Below are positions 26,794 through 36,258 of a DNA stretch of 64,000 bases, in pieces. Below the pieces are notes generated by a model that worked only from the letters and a program-made list of their open reading frames with translations, was not told the origin of the DNA and searched no databases. The DNA is from a virus (lineage: Duplodnaviria > Caudoviricetes). Position 1 is the stretch's first letter. Each line of letters begins with the position of its first letter. Made by a program: the position numbers and the translations under genes. The stretch spans positions 1 through 64,000 of the IMG/VR virus record IMGVR_UViG_3300033073_001271; one strand, 5' to 3'.

Positions 26794-28446
26794 ATGAGAA
26801 AGAAGAAAATTCTCTTTGTAACGGAGGCTTCATTCCATCCGACAGGATATTCTGTCTATACTAAAGAAGTATTGACAAGATTAAATAAATATCCAGAATT
26901 TGAAGTTGCCGAATTGGCATCTTTTACTGGTCCAGAGTCACCAGAATTAAAAGATATACCTTGGAAAGTCTATCCAAATATTCCAGCAGCAAATAATGAG
27001 TATTTTCATCAAATCTATAACTCTTCTATGAGTAATAAATTTGGAGAATTCGCTTTTAATCACGTTGTTCTTGATTTTGAACCAGACTTCGTGATGGATA
27101 TTAGGGACTGGTGGATGTTGGAATTTGAAGAAAGGTCTCCATTTAGACCATTTTTTAATTGGGCTATCATGCCAACAGTAGACGCAGAGCCGCAAAATGC
27201 CACTTGGATGGATACATACTCATCTGCCGATGCAGTTTTTGCGTATTCTGAATTTGGAAGAGATACGATGCTAAAACAGCATAGCGATATCAAGTTTGTT
27301 GATATTGCATCTCCATGTGCAAGCAATAGTTTCTTTCCGGTAAAAGATAAGACATTTTTACGGAAAACCTTTGGCGTTCCCGAAAACGCAATAATTTTTG
27401 GAACTGTGATGCGAAATCAACGAAGAAAATTATATGCAGATCTATTTAAATCATTTAAACTATTTTTAGATCAAAATCCACTTCTCACAAACTGTTATTT
27501 ATATTGCCATACGACATATCCGGACGTTGGATGGGACATTCCAGAGCTAATTAAAGCTAATGGACTATCTTCTAAAGTTTTGATGACGTATAAATGCAGA
27601 GGCTGTGGAAAAGTAGACTCTAGAATATTTAGTGACGCTGTAGCATTTTGCCCCGTATGTAATGCATTCTCATCTGCTTTGGTTGGAATTAGCAATAAAA
27701 TAGATGAAGTGGAATTAAATAGAGTATATAATTTATTTGATGTATATATTCAATGGGCAAATAGCGAAGGATGGGGAATGCCCCAGCTAGAAGCAGCATA
27801 TGCAGGACTTCCGGTTATATCGGTAAATTATTCTGCGATGGAATCACTAATTGCAAATATCCAAGGCATCGGAATTAAACCCCTATCTTTCTATAAAGAG
27901 CTTGAAACGGGGTGCAATAGAGCTGTTCCAGACAATCAAAAATTAGCAGATACAATTAAAATGCTTGCAACTGATCAATCAAAAAGATCATATATAGCAA
28001 ATAAATGCTACACTAATTCTAAAAAAATATATAACTGGGATTATACTGCTGAAACTTGGGCTAAATATTTCAAATCTACACCAGTTAGAGATAGATCTGA
28101 AACTTGGGCATCGCCTTCTAGAGTGTTTAATCCACCAAGAGAATTGCCAAAAGAATTAAATAATTTACCGCCAGCAGATCAAGTTAATTGGTTATTTTAT
28201 AATGTTTTAAATATGCCACATTTGGTTAATAAATCTATGTGGAGAAGAATGTTAAAAGATTTAACCTATAGAAGTTCTGTAACTTCATCAATTCCGGGAT
28301 ATTATTATAATGATTTCTCACATCCAGACTTGGAAAAAAGGTATGAAGAATTTAATATTGAAAAAGCATTTAACACATGTTTAAATATGCGAAACGCTTT
28401 TAATCAATGGGAAATTAGACGATTAGAAATGATTGGGAAAAAATGA
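26794..28446 (+). CDS. GT4-like glycosyltransferase with inserted zinc-ribbon motif
   Basis: GTVMRNQRRK, FDVYIQWANSEGWGMPQLEAAYAGLP; inserted CRGC...CPVC. Confidence 0.85.
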   Translation: MRKKKILFVTEASFHPTGYSVYTKEVLTRLNKYPEFEVAELASFTGPESPELKDIPWKVYPNIPAANNEYFHQIYNSSMSNKFGEFAFNHVVLDFEPDFVMDIRDWWMLEFEERSPFRPFFNWAIMPTVDAEPQNATWMDTYSSADAVFAYSEFGRDTMLKQHSDIKFVDIASPCASNSFFPVKDKTFLRKTFGVPENAIIFGTVMRNQRRKLYADLFKSFKLFLDQNPLLTNCYLYCHTTYPDVGWDIPELIKANGLSSKVLMTYKCRGCGKVDSRIFSDAVAFCPVCNAFSSALVGISNKIDEVELNRVYNLFDVYIQWANSEGWGMPQLEAAYAGLPVISVNYSAMESLIANIQGIGIKPLSFYKELETGCNRAVPDNQKLADTIKMLATDQSKRSYIANKCYTNSKKIYNWDYTAETWAKYFKSTPVRDRSETWASPSRVFNPPRELPKELNNLPPADQVNWLFYNVLNMPHLVNKSMWRRMLKDLTYRSSVTSSIPGYYYNDFSHPDLEKRYEEFNIEKAFNTCLNMRNAFNQWEIRRLEMIGKK

Positions 28447-29531
28447 AAATACAATATATTGGAAATTTTACCGATGGAACAGGATGGGCTAAAGCGTCAA
28501 CATACAATGCGTTGGCGCTATCATCCGCAGGATATGATATATATTGCAAAGAAGTAAAATATAATAAAAATAAAGTTATTCTTGAAGAACAAATTCTAGA
28601 ATTACTAGCTAAAGAATCCACAAATTTTGATGTTGTGGTACAGCACGTTTTACCAAAAGACTATCAATATTTTGGCGGTGTGAAGAACGTTGGGTTTGTT
28701 GCTTTAGAGTCAATCATATTAACTAATGTGGTCTGGCTTAAAAATTTAAATATGATGGATGAGATATGGGTTCCAAATAAAGAGTCTAGAGATTGTTTAT
28801 TTAACTCTGGAATAGCAGTTGAGAAGATTAAAATCCTTCCTCATACATTTAACTATTCTAAAATAACCAACTCTAATAATCCAGCCTCAATCTCTCAACT
28901 AAATAATACATTTAATTTTGTATTTATAGGGGAGTTTTGTAAGAGAAAGAATCTAGAGGCTTTACTAAGGGCTTTTCACGGGGAATTTGACTACGTTGAG
29001 CCGGTAAATTTATTTATTAAAACGTCATCTAATATAGAAACTCTTAATGAGTTTAGAACAGACGTGCGAAAAAGAATGAAACTAGGGAGTCGTTATAAAG
29101 AAGAAGTTATCGTATGCGACTATTTACAGGAAGACATTTTAACTGCAATAACAAAGCAGTGTCATGCGTTTGTAATGCCTAGCTACGGTGAAGCGTGGTG
29201 CTATCCAGCGATGGAAGCAATGGCTTTGGGCCTACCTGTAATTTATACATCTGATATAGGAATTAAAGATTATTCTGGGAATGGTTTGGGTTTTCCTGTA
29301 GTATCAGAGGTATCATACTGCTATGGGGCGACAGATACTTTTGAAGATATTTATACATCACGAGATTTATGGAGAGAAATCTCTGTGCCAGATCTTCAGA
29401 TGAATATGAGAAAGGTTTTTGAGTTATATAATTCTCATCAGGAAAAATACAACAGTCTTTCTGAAAAAATCAAAGAAACTATTAAATATTACGACTTTAG
29501 AAACGCAGAAATAGCCAAAGGACTTATATGA
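28443..29531 (+). CDS. GT4-like glycosyltransferase
   Basis: FIGEFCKRKNL, FVMPSYGEAWCYPAMEAMALGLPVI. Confidence 0.85.
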   Translation: MKIQYIGNFTDGTGWAKASTYNALALSSAGYDIYCKEVKYNKNKVILEEQILELLAKESTNFDVVVQHVLPKDYQYFGGVKNVGFVALESIILTNVVWLKNLNMMDEIWVPNKESRDCLFNSGIAVEKIKILPHTFNYSKITNSNNPASISQLNNTFNFVFIGEFCKRKNLEALLRAFHGEFDYVEPVNLFIKTSSNIETLNEFRTDVRKRMKLGSRYKEEVIVCDYLQEDILTAITKQCHAFVMPSYGEAWCYPAMEAMALGLPVIYTSDIGIKDYSGNGLGFPVVSEVSYCYGATDTFEDIYTSRDLWREISVPDLQMNMRKVFELYNSHQEKYNSLSEKIKETIKYYDFRNAEIAKGLI

Positions 29532-29947
29532 AAGTATATATTGGGAATAGAAATTTTAATGATGAATCATTTAAAGTAATTACAGAGCCAGAAATTTTAA
29601 GTTATATAGCAGAAGATTCAGAATGTAATACAATTATTATAGATAATTCATTATCTAAACTAAAATTTGCGGATGCAGTAAATACAATATCTATAGCTGT
29701 CACTAAACTTAGAACAAACGGTGTGTTAATTATAAACGATATCGATTTTGATTTATTGACATATTTATACAGTAGAAATCCTAACTTGCAAGAGTTAAAT
29801 AACTTAGTTTCTGGTATTAATGGATTTAAATCTTTTTTATCTAATGACTTAATAAAACAAATCATGAGTAATTTTCCAAACCTAAGTTTAAAAGGTTCAG
29901 TGCTTAATAACTTAGAGTTTAGACTAGAATACATCAGAGAGAACTAA
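29528..29947 (+). CDS. Hypothetical protein, possibly a degenerate SAM-methyltransferase fold
   Basis: MKVYIG...KLRTNGVLII resembles short class I MTase-like proteins; weak. Confidence 0.35.
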   Translation: MKVYIGNRNFNDESFKVITEPEILSYIAEDSECNTIIIDNSLSKLKFADAVNTISIAVTKLRTNGVLIINDIDFDLLTYLYSRNPNLQELNNLVSGINGFKSFLSNDLIKQIMSNFPNLSLKGSVLNNLEFRLEYIREN

Positions 29948-30486
29948 TGAGAATAGGATATATTCTAATATTAAAAGAAGCTAAATACTTTGAAAATTTA
30001 GTAAACGAATTGTCAAATATTAAAAACTCCAACCCAATTTGGGTTGGAGTAGTTATAGATGTGCCAGAGTATTACGAACAAATTATCAGCATTTTAAATA
30101 CTTTTGGCTGTGATTTCAACGTTGTATATAATTTAAAAAATGATGAGGATATATATAAATTAGATCTATTCCATAAATATAAAAATGGATGGACTATAGT
30201 TAAAATTGCTGGAGAAGAAACCGTTGCAGACAAGGAGCTATTAAATAGATACATTTTGGATGGCAATAAAGCTGCAATTATAAAAACTAATAAAGAATCT
30301 ATAAATGATATGTGCTTTTTTAATTTTATATTTAAATATTTGAATGGTAATAAGTATGAAATTAATGAAGAAACAGACGAAGTAATCTTTAAGACATTTG
30401 AGGAAAAAGTTTTAGAGAAAGATCCAAATATGATAACCACTTGGGAAAAGTTAAATGAAATCTACAGTAATACTACCAATATTTAG
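29947..30486 (+). CDS. Hypothetical protein in the glycosylation island
   Basis: 179-aa ORF with TAATG overlap. Confidence 0.6.
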   Translation: MRIGYILILKEAKYFENLVNELSNIKNSNPIWVGVVIDVPEYYEQIISILNTFGCDFNVVYNLKNDEDIYKLDLFHKYKNGWTIVKIAGEETVADKELLNRYILDGNKAAIIKTNKESINDMCFFNFIFKYLNGNKYEINEETDEVIFKTFEEKVLEKDPNMITTWEKLNEIYSNTTNI

Positions 30487-31075
30487 TAATGATAGCGAAG
30501 CGGTTAGATCTATAGTCAGTGTTATTAATTCTGATCAAAAACCAACAAATTTATGCATAGTAACGACAAATAAGCTAAGTGAAAATAGATTAGCTTCAAT
30601 CAATGCGATGTTTAAAAGCTGTTGTGATGGTGGAGAGTATTCTGAATCACTTTCTACGGATAAAAAAGTTATTAAAAAGCTATCATCTGATTTTAATATG
30701 TTTAACATTATTCTTAATAATCCACTGACAAAACATCCAAACTATTACGCCGCAAAATATCTGAGTGAATCTGATGTATTTTTAACACTGACAGAAGGTT
30801 TTGTATATCAGCCAGAATCAATAGGAAAAATATTAAACAAATTTGAAGATCAACATATTGGAGCTGTTTATTCTGATTATATAGCGCGTGGACGATATAC
30901 ATTTTTGCCAACGTTGCATATAATGGCACGAAGTTCAATTCCTGTACTAGAAATAGCATTTAGAAATAATTTGCTTGATATGGAAAAAATAACTATGCAA
31001 AATGGAGAAATTATTAATAATATATATGGAAAATCCATTGTAGCACATATACCTGAGCCATTAGTCATAGCATGA
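30455..31075 (+). CDS. Degenerate GT2-like protein
   Basis: TVILPIFSND...IGAVYSDY resembles a GT-A fold, but no clear DxD motif. Confidence 0.45.
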   Translation: MKSTVILPIFSNDSEAVRSIVSVINSDQKPTNLCIVTTNKLSENRLASINAMFKSCCDGGEYSESLSTDKKVIKKLSSDFNMFNIILNNPLTKHPNYYAAKYLSESDVFLTLTEGFVYQPESIGKILNKFEDQHIGAVYSDYIARGRYTFLPTLHIMARSSIPVLEIAFRNNLLDMEKITMQNGEIINNIYGKSIVAHIPEPLVIA

Positions 31076-31782
31076 GCAGATTTACTAGAAAAATCAAAGG
31101 TAAAAATTATCCACCAATACAAGCAATTATTTTAGCTGCTGGGGTTGGAGCAAGAACTAAATCTTATGAACCAAGATGTTTATTAAAGTTTGGTAAAAAA
31201 ACGATATTAGAAAATCAAATAGAAATTTTAACCGAAAGATTTAGTAAATGTGACATTACTGTAGTTGGTGGATGTGATATCAATAAAATTATAAAAAAAG
31301 TTGGTAAAAACGCCAGAGTAGTCGAAAATCAGTTATTTGAGCAGACCAATAGTGGAGAGAGTTTAAGACTAGCTGTAAATAATACGCTTCATGATACAAT
31401 TTTATTTTTACATGGAGATCTTGTTATATCAGAAGGTATATTTGATAGAATAGATTTGGGTCACTCTTTCCTGTTAATTGATCAAAAAAATAAATTTGAA
31501 GAAAAAGAAGTGGGATTGACAATTGTAGATAACAAAGCAACGGTTTTATCTTACAATTTACCAGTAAAATGGTGTCAAATAGCATATCTTGCTCCAAATG
31601 AAACAGCTATATTGAGAAAAATGTTTGCTAAGTCGGATTTTAATACAAAATTTTTGTTGACTTTTGAGATTTTAAACAAAATAATAGAAATGGGTGGATC
31701 TTTTACATGCTATGATATTGAAAATAGCTATATAAAAGAAATAGATAGCTTAAAGGACATAAATAATGAAGTTATTGGTTGA
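31072..31782 (+). CDS. Sugar/phosphocholine nucleotidyltransferase-like
   Basis: AIILAAGVGAR...PRCLL, FLHGDL. Confidence 0.75.
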   Translation: MSRFTRKIKGKNYPPIQAIILAAGVGARTKSYEPRCLLKFGKKTILENQIEILTERFSKCDITVVGGCDINKIIKKVGKNARVVENQLFEQTNSGESLRLAVNNTLHDTILFLHGDLVISEGIFDRIDLGHSFLLIDQKNKFEEKEVGLTIVDNKATVLSYNLPVKWCQIAYLAPNETAILRKMFAKSDFNTKFLLTFEILNKIIEMGGSFTCYDIENSYIKEIDSLKDINNEVIG

Positions 31783-32524
31783 TAAAACATTAGTATCGTA
31801 TGCTACACCAGCAATTTATGCTGGATTTCAGGCAGCAAGGCACGATAAATCTATCATGTCTACATTTGACACATTTGATAAAGTAAATCCAGATGTATAT
31901 ATCGCCGATGCAGATTTACTAGATGAGTCAGTGCTTAAAAATATTGAAGAAAGGCCGCATCTTAAGGTGTGCATTGTTCAAAAAGATAAATTTGACCAAC
32001 CGCACGCCAATTTTTCACTTTTAACAAGTCGGCTGGGAGATATTTATCCTTGGGTAAATGAATCTGGTCATGCAGAAATACTTGAATACATTAATTTCAG
32101 CAATGTTGCAAAGTACAAAGCAGATGTAGTGTCAATTGAAGACGTTCCAATCCAAGGAATTGAGAATATACAACTGCCACAGGATGTTATATTTAGAATA
32201 TTTTCTTCAAATTATGTGCAAAGCCCCTATTTTTGTGGATTTTTGCCGAATCCAGAAAAAAAACATGTATATGCATCTTCTAAAGTTAGCTTGTCCAGTG
32301 GTAATAACTATTATAATTCAGCATTTTGCAATTGTTACCCATTAAATAATAACGATAATATTTTAGACGCTATAGATTCAGATAATTCTGCAAAATTAAA
32401 AGAAATTAAAGATAGTATTTTAGAAAGCAATAATAATTTTTATTCAGTATCGTATATTTTAGAATTATTGAATATGACATCAGAAGCAAATAAAATTAAA
32501 TTGAAACTAAAGGAGCTTTTATGA
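31766..32524 (+). CDS. Hypothetical protein, possibly a GT-related remnant
   Basis: 252-aa ORF in the glycosylation island; no decisive motif. Confidence 0.5.
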   Translation: MKLLVDKTLVSYATPAIYAGFQAARHDKSIMSTFDTFDKVNPDVYIADADLLDESVLKNIEERPHLKVCIVQKDKFDQPHANFSLLTSRLGDIYPWVNESGHAEILEYINFSNVAKYKADVVSIEDVPIQGIENIQLPQDVIFRIFSSNYVQSPYFCGFLPNPEKKHVYASSKVSLSSGNNYYNSAFCNCYPLNNNDNILDAIDSDNSAKLKEIKDSILESNNNFYSVSYILELLNMTSEANKIKLKLKELL

Positions 32525-32967
32525 ATTTATCATTTGTTGTAAATAATCTAGGGAATTCTGAACAAAATTATCAAATGATTAAACTTATCAATACAATTGC
32601 TAAATCTAGCAATACTATTGTGCCAAATGTTTTTTATCATAATATTATGCCATCAATTATACCAGTTGAATGTTTGCATATGAATATCACAGGATTGAGC
32701 GGAATGACAGGAAAAACAGTTAGTTTTGACGTTGAATCTGCTCAAACAGTGATATCAACAGGAACCCCTACTGAAAATTGGCTTTACTTATGGGATATAC
32801 CTTGGTTATACTCTGTTGTAAATTATCCAGCAGCACTTGATTTGCTAGCTAAGTTTAAAATAGTTGTTCGCAGCGAAAGCCAAAAGGCGAATATTGAAAA
32901 TTTTACAGGAAGAAAAGATATTTTAGTAGCAAAAGATATGGACGAGTTTTATAAATGCTTGATATAA
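32521..32967 (+). CDS. Hypothetical protein, possibly a GT-related remnant
   Basis: 148-aa ORF; WLYLWDIPW motif. Confidence 0.5.
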   Translation: MNLSFVVNNLGNSEQNYQMIKLINTIAKSSNTIVPNVFYHNIMPSIIPVECLHMNITGLSGMTGKTVSFDVESAQTVISTGTPTENWLYLWDIPWLYSVVNYPAALDLLAKFKIVVRSESQKANIENFTGRKDILVAKDMDEFYKCLI

Positions 32968-33731
32968 AAAGAATTTGCGATTTATACGATAATAATCATA
33001 GTATTAGAGAAATAGCCGATATACTGGATACTTATCCTAATAAAATTTTAAGGGAGCTTAAAAAAATAGGCAAGGAGATTAGATCAAAAACCGAAAGCGC
33101 AAAAATAGCTTGCGAAAAAGGTAGGATCAAACCTCCCATGCTTGGTAAAAAAAGAACTCAAGCCGAAAAAGACAATATTGCCAGCAAACAAGCAGCAAGA
33201 TGGCAAAAAATGTCAGAAGAAGAGCTAGAGGAATTTAAGAAAAATGCTAAAGATAGGTGGGAAGCAGAAAGTATAGAAGTTAAAATAGATAGACAAAAAA
33301 AGGCAGGCGAGGCTTTAAAAAGAGCTAGTATTGAAGGTTCAAAAGCCGAAAAATTTTTATATGAACAGTTGACAAAATCGGGCTATGATGTTATAATACA
33401 TAAGACAGGACTTATTCCCGGAGAAAAGTTCGAAGTCGATCTGTATCTACCATCATTAAAAGTAGCGATTGAGATTGATGGCCCACAACACTTCCTACCA
33501 GTATATGGCGAAACTAATCTAAATAGAAATATTAAATATGATGCTATAAAAAACGGCGCTTTGATATCTCGTGGAATTTGCGTAATAAGAATTAAATACT
33601 TATTAAAGCACACGTCACTTAGCAGCAACAAAAGACTGTATGATCTTATCATTTCTGAGCTGCAAAAAATTGAAACAGAATTTCCCAAAGAAGGTTATAG
33701 GCTAATAGAATTGGAGATGACAAATGGTTGA
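32955..33731 (+). CDS. HTH/NUMOD3-like + Vsr/DUF559 endonuclease (homing-endonuclease-like)
   Basis: N-terminal SIREIADIL HTH; MLGKKRTQAEK NUMOD3-like; FEVDLYLP...IEIDGPQH. Confidence 0.7.
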   Translation: MLDIKRICDLYDNNHSIREIADILDTYPNKILRELKKIGKEIRSKTESAKIACEKGRIKPPMLGKKRTQAEKDNIASKQAARWQKMSEEELEEFKKNAKDRWEAESIEVKIDRQKKAGEALKRASIEGSKAEKFLYEQLTKSGYDVIIHKTGLIPGEKFEVDLYLPSLKVAIEIDGPQHFLPVYGETNLNRNIKYDAIKNGALISRGICVIRIKYLLKHTSLSSNKRLYDLIISELQKIETEFPKEGYRLIELEMTNG

Positions 33732-34479
33732 TGAAAAAATTATGGATAGTATTTTTGACCTCGGCTCAGGTGCTGTATCAAGGGATATTATTGAAGCTGC
33801 AACTGATGCGCCGGATACAACTTCGCCTGAATGGCATGATTATGTAATGTCAAAATTTGCAGACAGTGAACTTATTGAAATTAATGACAAGAAATATCCG
33901 AATTGCTACGGACTTCGTAGAGTTACGCGACTTTTAATGGGTGAAATTATTGCTAGTCGTCCAATTGAAGTGGCTAATGTACAAAACCCAACTCCAAGAA
34001 CCGTTGTTCGATATGAAGTGACCGTTGAAACAACTAATGGTCAGCTAGTTACGATTGGCGATGTTGCGGGTGTTTCAGCCGTTAATACTGACGATCTATT
34101 TTTAGGATACCCAGATGAAACTGCTGCTACAAGAGCAGAAGGTAGATGCTTGAGAAAGTTGTTGATGCTTAATTGCGTTGCTGCTGAAGAATTAACTAGA
34201 AATAAAGATGTTGCTAAAGCTGTGCAACAAGTAACAAAATCCGCACCTACTGATGGAACTTATAAAGGTGAAGATCCTATCAGCGATGCACAAACTAAAC
34301 TTCTAAATAATAAATGTCGGGAAATGAACATTGATGTTTTGAAGTTTATCAACCTAGGCGAGAAACAATACTCTCGACTAGATGAAGTTAGTAAGAAAAC
34401 TGCTATTAATATGATTAAACTCTTAAATGATTATCAAAATAATAGCAAACCAATTCCACATGAAATTTTAGGAGATTGA
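33724..34479 (+). CDS. Possible Rad52/Sak-like ssDNA annealing protein
   Basis: GLRRV...VVRYEV...AATRAEGRCLRKLL...AAEEL pattern with a small C-terminal helical domain. Confidence 0.5.
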   Translation: MVDEKIMDSIFDLGSGAVSRDIIEAATDAPDTTSPEWHDYVMSKFADSELIEINDKKYPNCYGLRRVTRLLMGEIIASRPIEVANVQNPTPRTVVRYEVTVETTNGQLVTIGDVAGVSAVNTDDLFLGYPDETAATRAEGRCLRKLLMLNCVAAEELTRNKDVAKAVQQVTKSAPTDGTYKGEDPISDAQTKLLNNKCREMNIDVLKFINLGEKQYSRLDEVSKKTAINMIKLLNDYQNNSKPIPHEILGD

Positions 34480-34823
34480 GATTGAGTTTTAATATTACAA
34501 AAGGTCCAGATGGAATCAGTATTAGCGTCAATGGTGATAAAATCACTGATGTGTTTAAGGAACTTGCAAGACTAGAAGAAATTTTTGGAATTAGCAAGTG
34601 TGGCAAATGTGGTAGTACTGATCTATCATTTGTTGTTCGAAATGTGGATGACAATGATTATTATGAAATGCGCTGTAAGAGCCATAAATGCGCTGCTAGG
34701 CTCGCGTTTGGTCAGCATAAGAAAGGTGGAGGCATCTTTCCTAAGCGCAAGGACAAGGACGACAAGTGGCTTCCTGACGGCGGATGGATGAGATGGGATG
34801 CCGATAAGAAGAAAGAAGTATAA
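34476..34823 (+). CDS. Zinc-ribbon hypothetical protein
   Basis: CGKC...CKSHKC; GTG/TTG-type start overlapping the previous stop. Confidence 0.65.
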   Translation: MRLSFNITKGPDGISISVNGDKITDVFKELARLEEIFGISKCGKCGSTDLSFVVRNVDDNDYYEMRCKSHKCAARLAFGQHKKGGGIFPKRKDKDDKWLPDGGWMRWDADKKKEV

Positions 34824-34825
34824 AC

Positions 34826-34854
34826 AAAAAGCCCGGAGCGATCCGGGCTTTTTT
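34826..34854. terminator. Bidirectional intrinsic terminator at the convergence point
   Basis: AAAAAGCCCGGA-GCGA-TCCGGGCTTTTTT: perfect stem, GNRA loop, A/T runs on both sides. Confidence 0.92.
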
Positions 34855-34874
34855 ATTTATCGCTATAGTTTACC

Positions 34875-34924
34875 GCTGTTCGTCTTCAACTATAGTTTGA
34901 GAATGAGTCGCGACTCGAAACAGC
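34875..34924. other. Compact structured intergenic element (predicted three-way junction)
   Basis: GCTGTT/AACAGC closes two hairpins: TCTTCAA/TTGAGA and GAGT-CGCG-ACTC. Confidence 0.5.
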
Positions 34925-34950
34925 AAAAAGGTCGCCAGCTAATCTCTCGA

Positions 34951-35982
34951 TTATAGATATTCAAGGCTTACATATAAGCCATATTGCTTCTTACTTCCGA
35001 TACTTAGCGGCCTTGCAGATAGTGCAACTCTCCAAGTGTGGCGAGTATCATATCCACTTCCTGTGCCAAATGAACCGTATGATCCACTTAAATTAGCAAG
35101 TGTACCGCTACTAATTCCAGCGCCACCGCCATTATATCTAGATTGTTCGCTATTATGAATATATTGAATATATTTAGGTTTCAGAACTCCAGATGAGATT
35201 GCGCCAGCAAATAAACGACCATCGCTACCGGGAGAATCCATAAGAGGTACAATCAAACCAGAGCCACCCACAGTCTCATATCCCGGAGGACTTAAACTAG
35301 CAACCGCAGAATCTGGATTGCCAGAAGTTTTTAGATATTGATAATCTGAAAAATTAGAAAATCTAATACCTACAGAGTTTGTATATCCCGGACGAATCGA
35401 TGTTTGCGGTGTATTTCCACCACCAGCAGAGCCTTCGTAACTCGCGCCACTAGGCCACGGTGAACCCCACCAAAATGCATCACCATAAGTGTATTGGCAA
35501 TTTGCAGAATCCACTCCCATTCCCGGATTCGCCTTCCAATTAGTAACATATCCAGTGCCTGTAGGTAATGTTGAACCAAAATTTACAATCTCAGCAACTT
35601 TAGTAATAACTCCTACTGCCGGAGTATCTGGATCTGTTCTATCATATATTCTCAGTTGTGCGTTTTGAACTTTGACCGCAGTTGGGTGGTCAAAGTGAAT
35701 AAACAACGTAGCGTCTGAACCATTTAAAGCTGTAAGCATACCAGTTGCCGCAGCTTCTCTACCATAGCACGACGATGGCGTAATATATTTTACATTTCTA
35801 ACGCTGCCATATCGTGCAGTACCATCAGCATTTGTAATGTATGTTGTATCTTGATAACTAGTTGTTGAAACACTAGCACCAAATGTGCTACCGTAAAATC
35901 CAAGCCCAGATCCAGTTATTGTATTAACTGGAAAAGAACCACCTATCGTCCCATCTAAAACCTCAAAAGAAATTGATGCCAT
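34951..35982 (-). CDS. Probable virion structural protein
   Basis: Gly/Ser/Thr-rich 343 aa; AGGAGG RBS; preceded by the candidate late promoter. Confidence 0.6.
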   Translation of the reverse strand: MASISFEVLDGTIGGSFPVNTITGSGLGFYGSTFGASVSTTSYQDTTYITNADGTARYGSVRNVKYITPSSCYGREAAATGMLTALNGSDATLFIHFDHPTAVKVQNAQLRIYDRTDPDTPAVGVITKVAEIVNFGSTLPTGTGYVTNWKANPGMGVDSANCQYTYGDAFWWGSPWPSGASYEGSAGGGNTPQTSIRPGYTNSVGIRFSNFSDYQYLKTSGNPDSAVASLSPPGYETVGGSGLIVPLMDSPGSDGRLFAGAISSGVLKPKYIQYIHNSEQSRYNGGGAGISSGTLANLSGSYGSFGTGSGYDTRHTWRVALSARPLSIGSKKQYGLYVSLEYL

Positions 35983-36015
35983 TTAAGCCTCCTACGTAGG
36001 AAAAAATTTGGTATA

Positions 36016-36032
36016 CCTAATATATAATACAC
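36016..36032 (-). promoter_or_regulatory. Candidate phage late promoter (copy 2)
   Basis: Minus strand reads GTGTATTATATATTAGG, immediately after the upstream stop codon. Confidence 0.65.
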
Positions 36033-36033
36033 A

Positions 36034-36258
36034 TTACCACTTATTTAAGGGACATTTCTCAGAGTTCCAAGAGGCTTTAACTTTTAAAAAACAACCACAG
36101 TTATTACATCTAATTGAAACACTATCATACTGATCACAACTTTTACAAATATTCATACGCTTATTAAATTCTTCTTCTGGTGCTTGCTTTAAGCCATCTG
36201 CAATATGGTTTATAACAGAGTTACCAAAATTTCTTGCAAGATTCACAACGTTATTCAT
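36034..36258 (-). CDS. Small Cys-rich protein (DUF6171-like)
   Basis: RMNICKSC...RCNNCGCFLKVK...KCPLNKW. Confidence 0.7.
   Translation of the reverse strand: MNNVVNLARNFGNSVINHIADGLKQAPEEEFNKRMNICKSCDQYDSVSIRCNNCGCFLKVKASWNSEKCPLNKW

Noticed and set aside
34875-34924. Hammerhead ribozyme: UUGAGAA could be a U3-A8 core variant, followed by stem II, GAAAC and a GCUGU-U stem III
   Set aside because: Stem I cannot form: the bases after the putative cleavage site (CGUC) do not pair with those before the core, and an extra U would also be needed. Kept only as a generic structured element.
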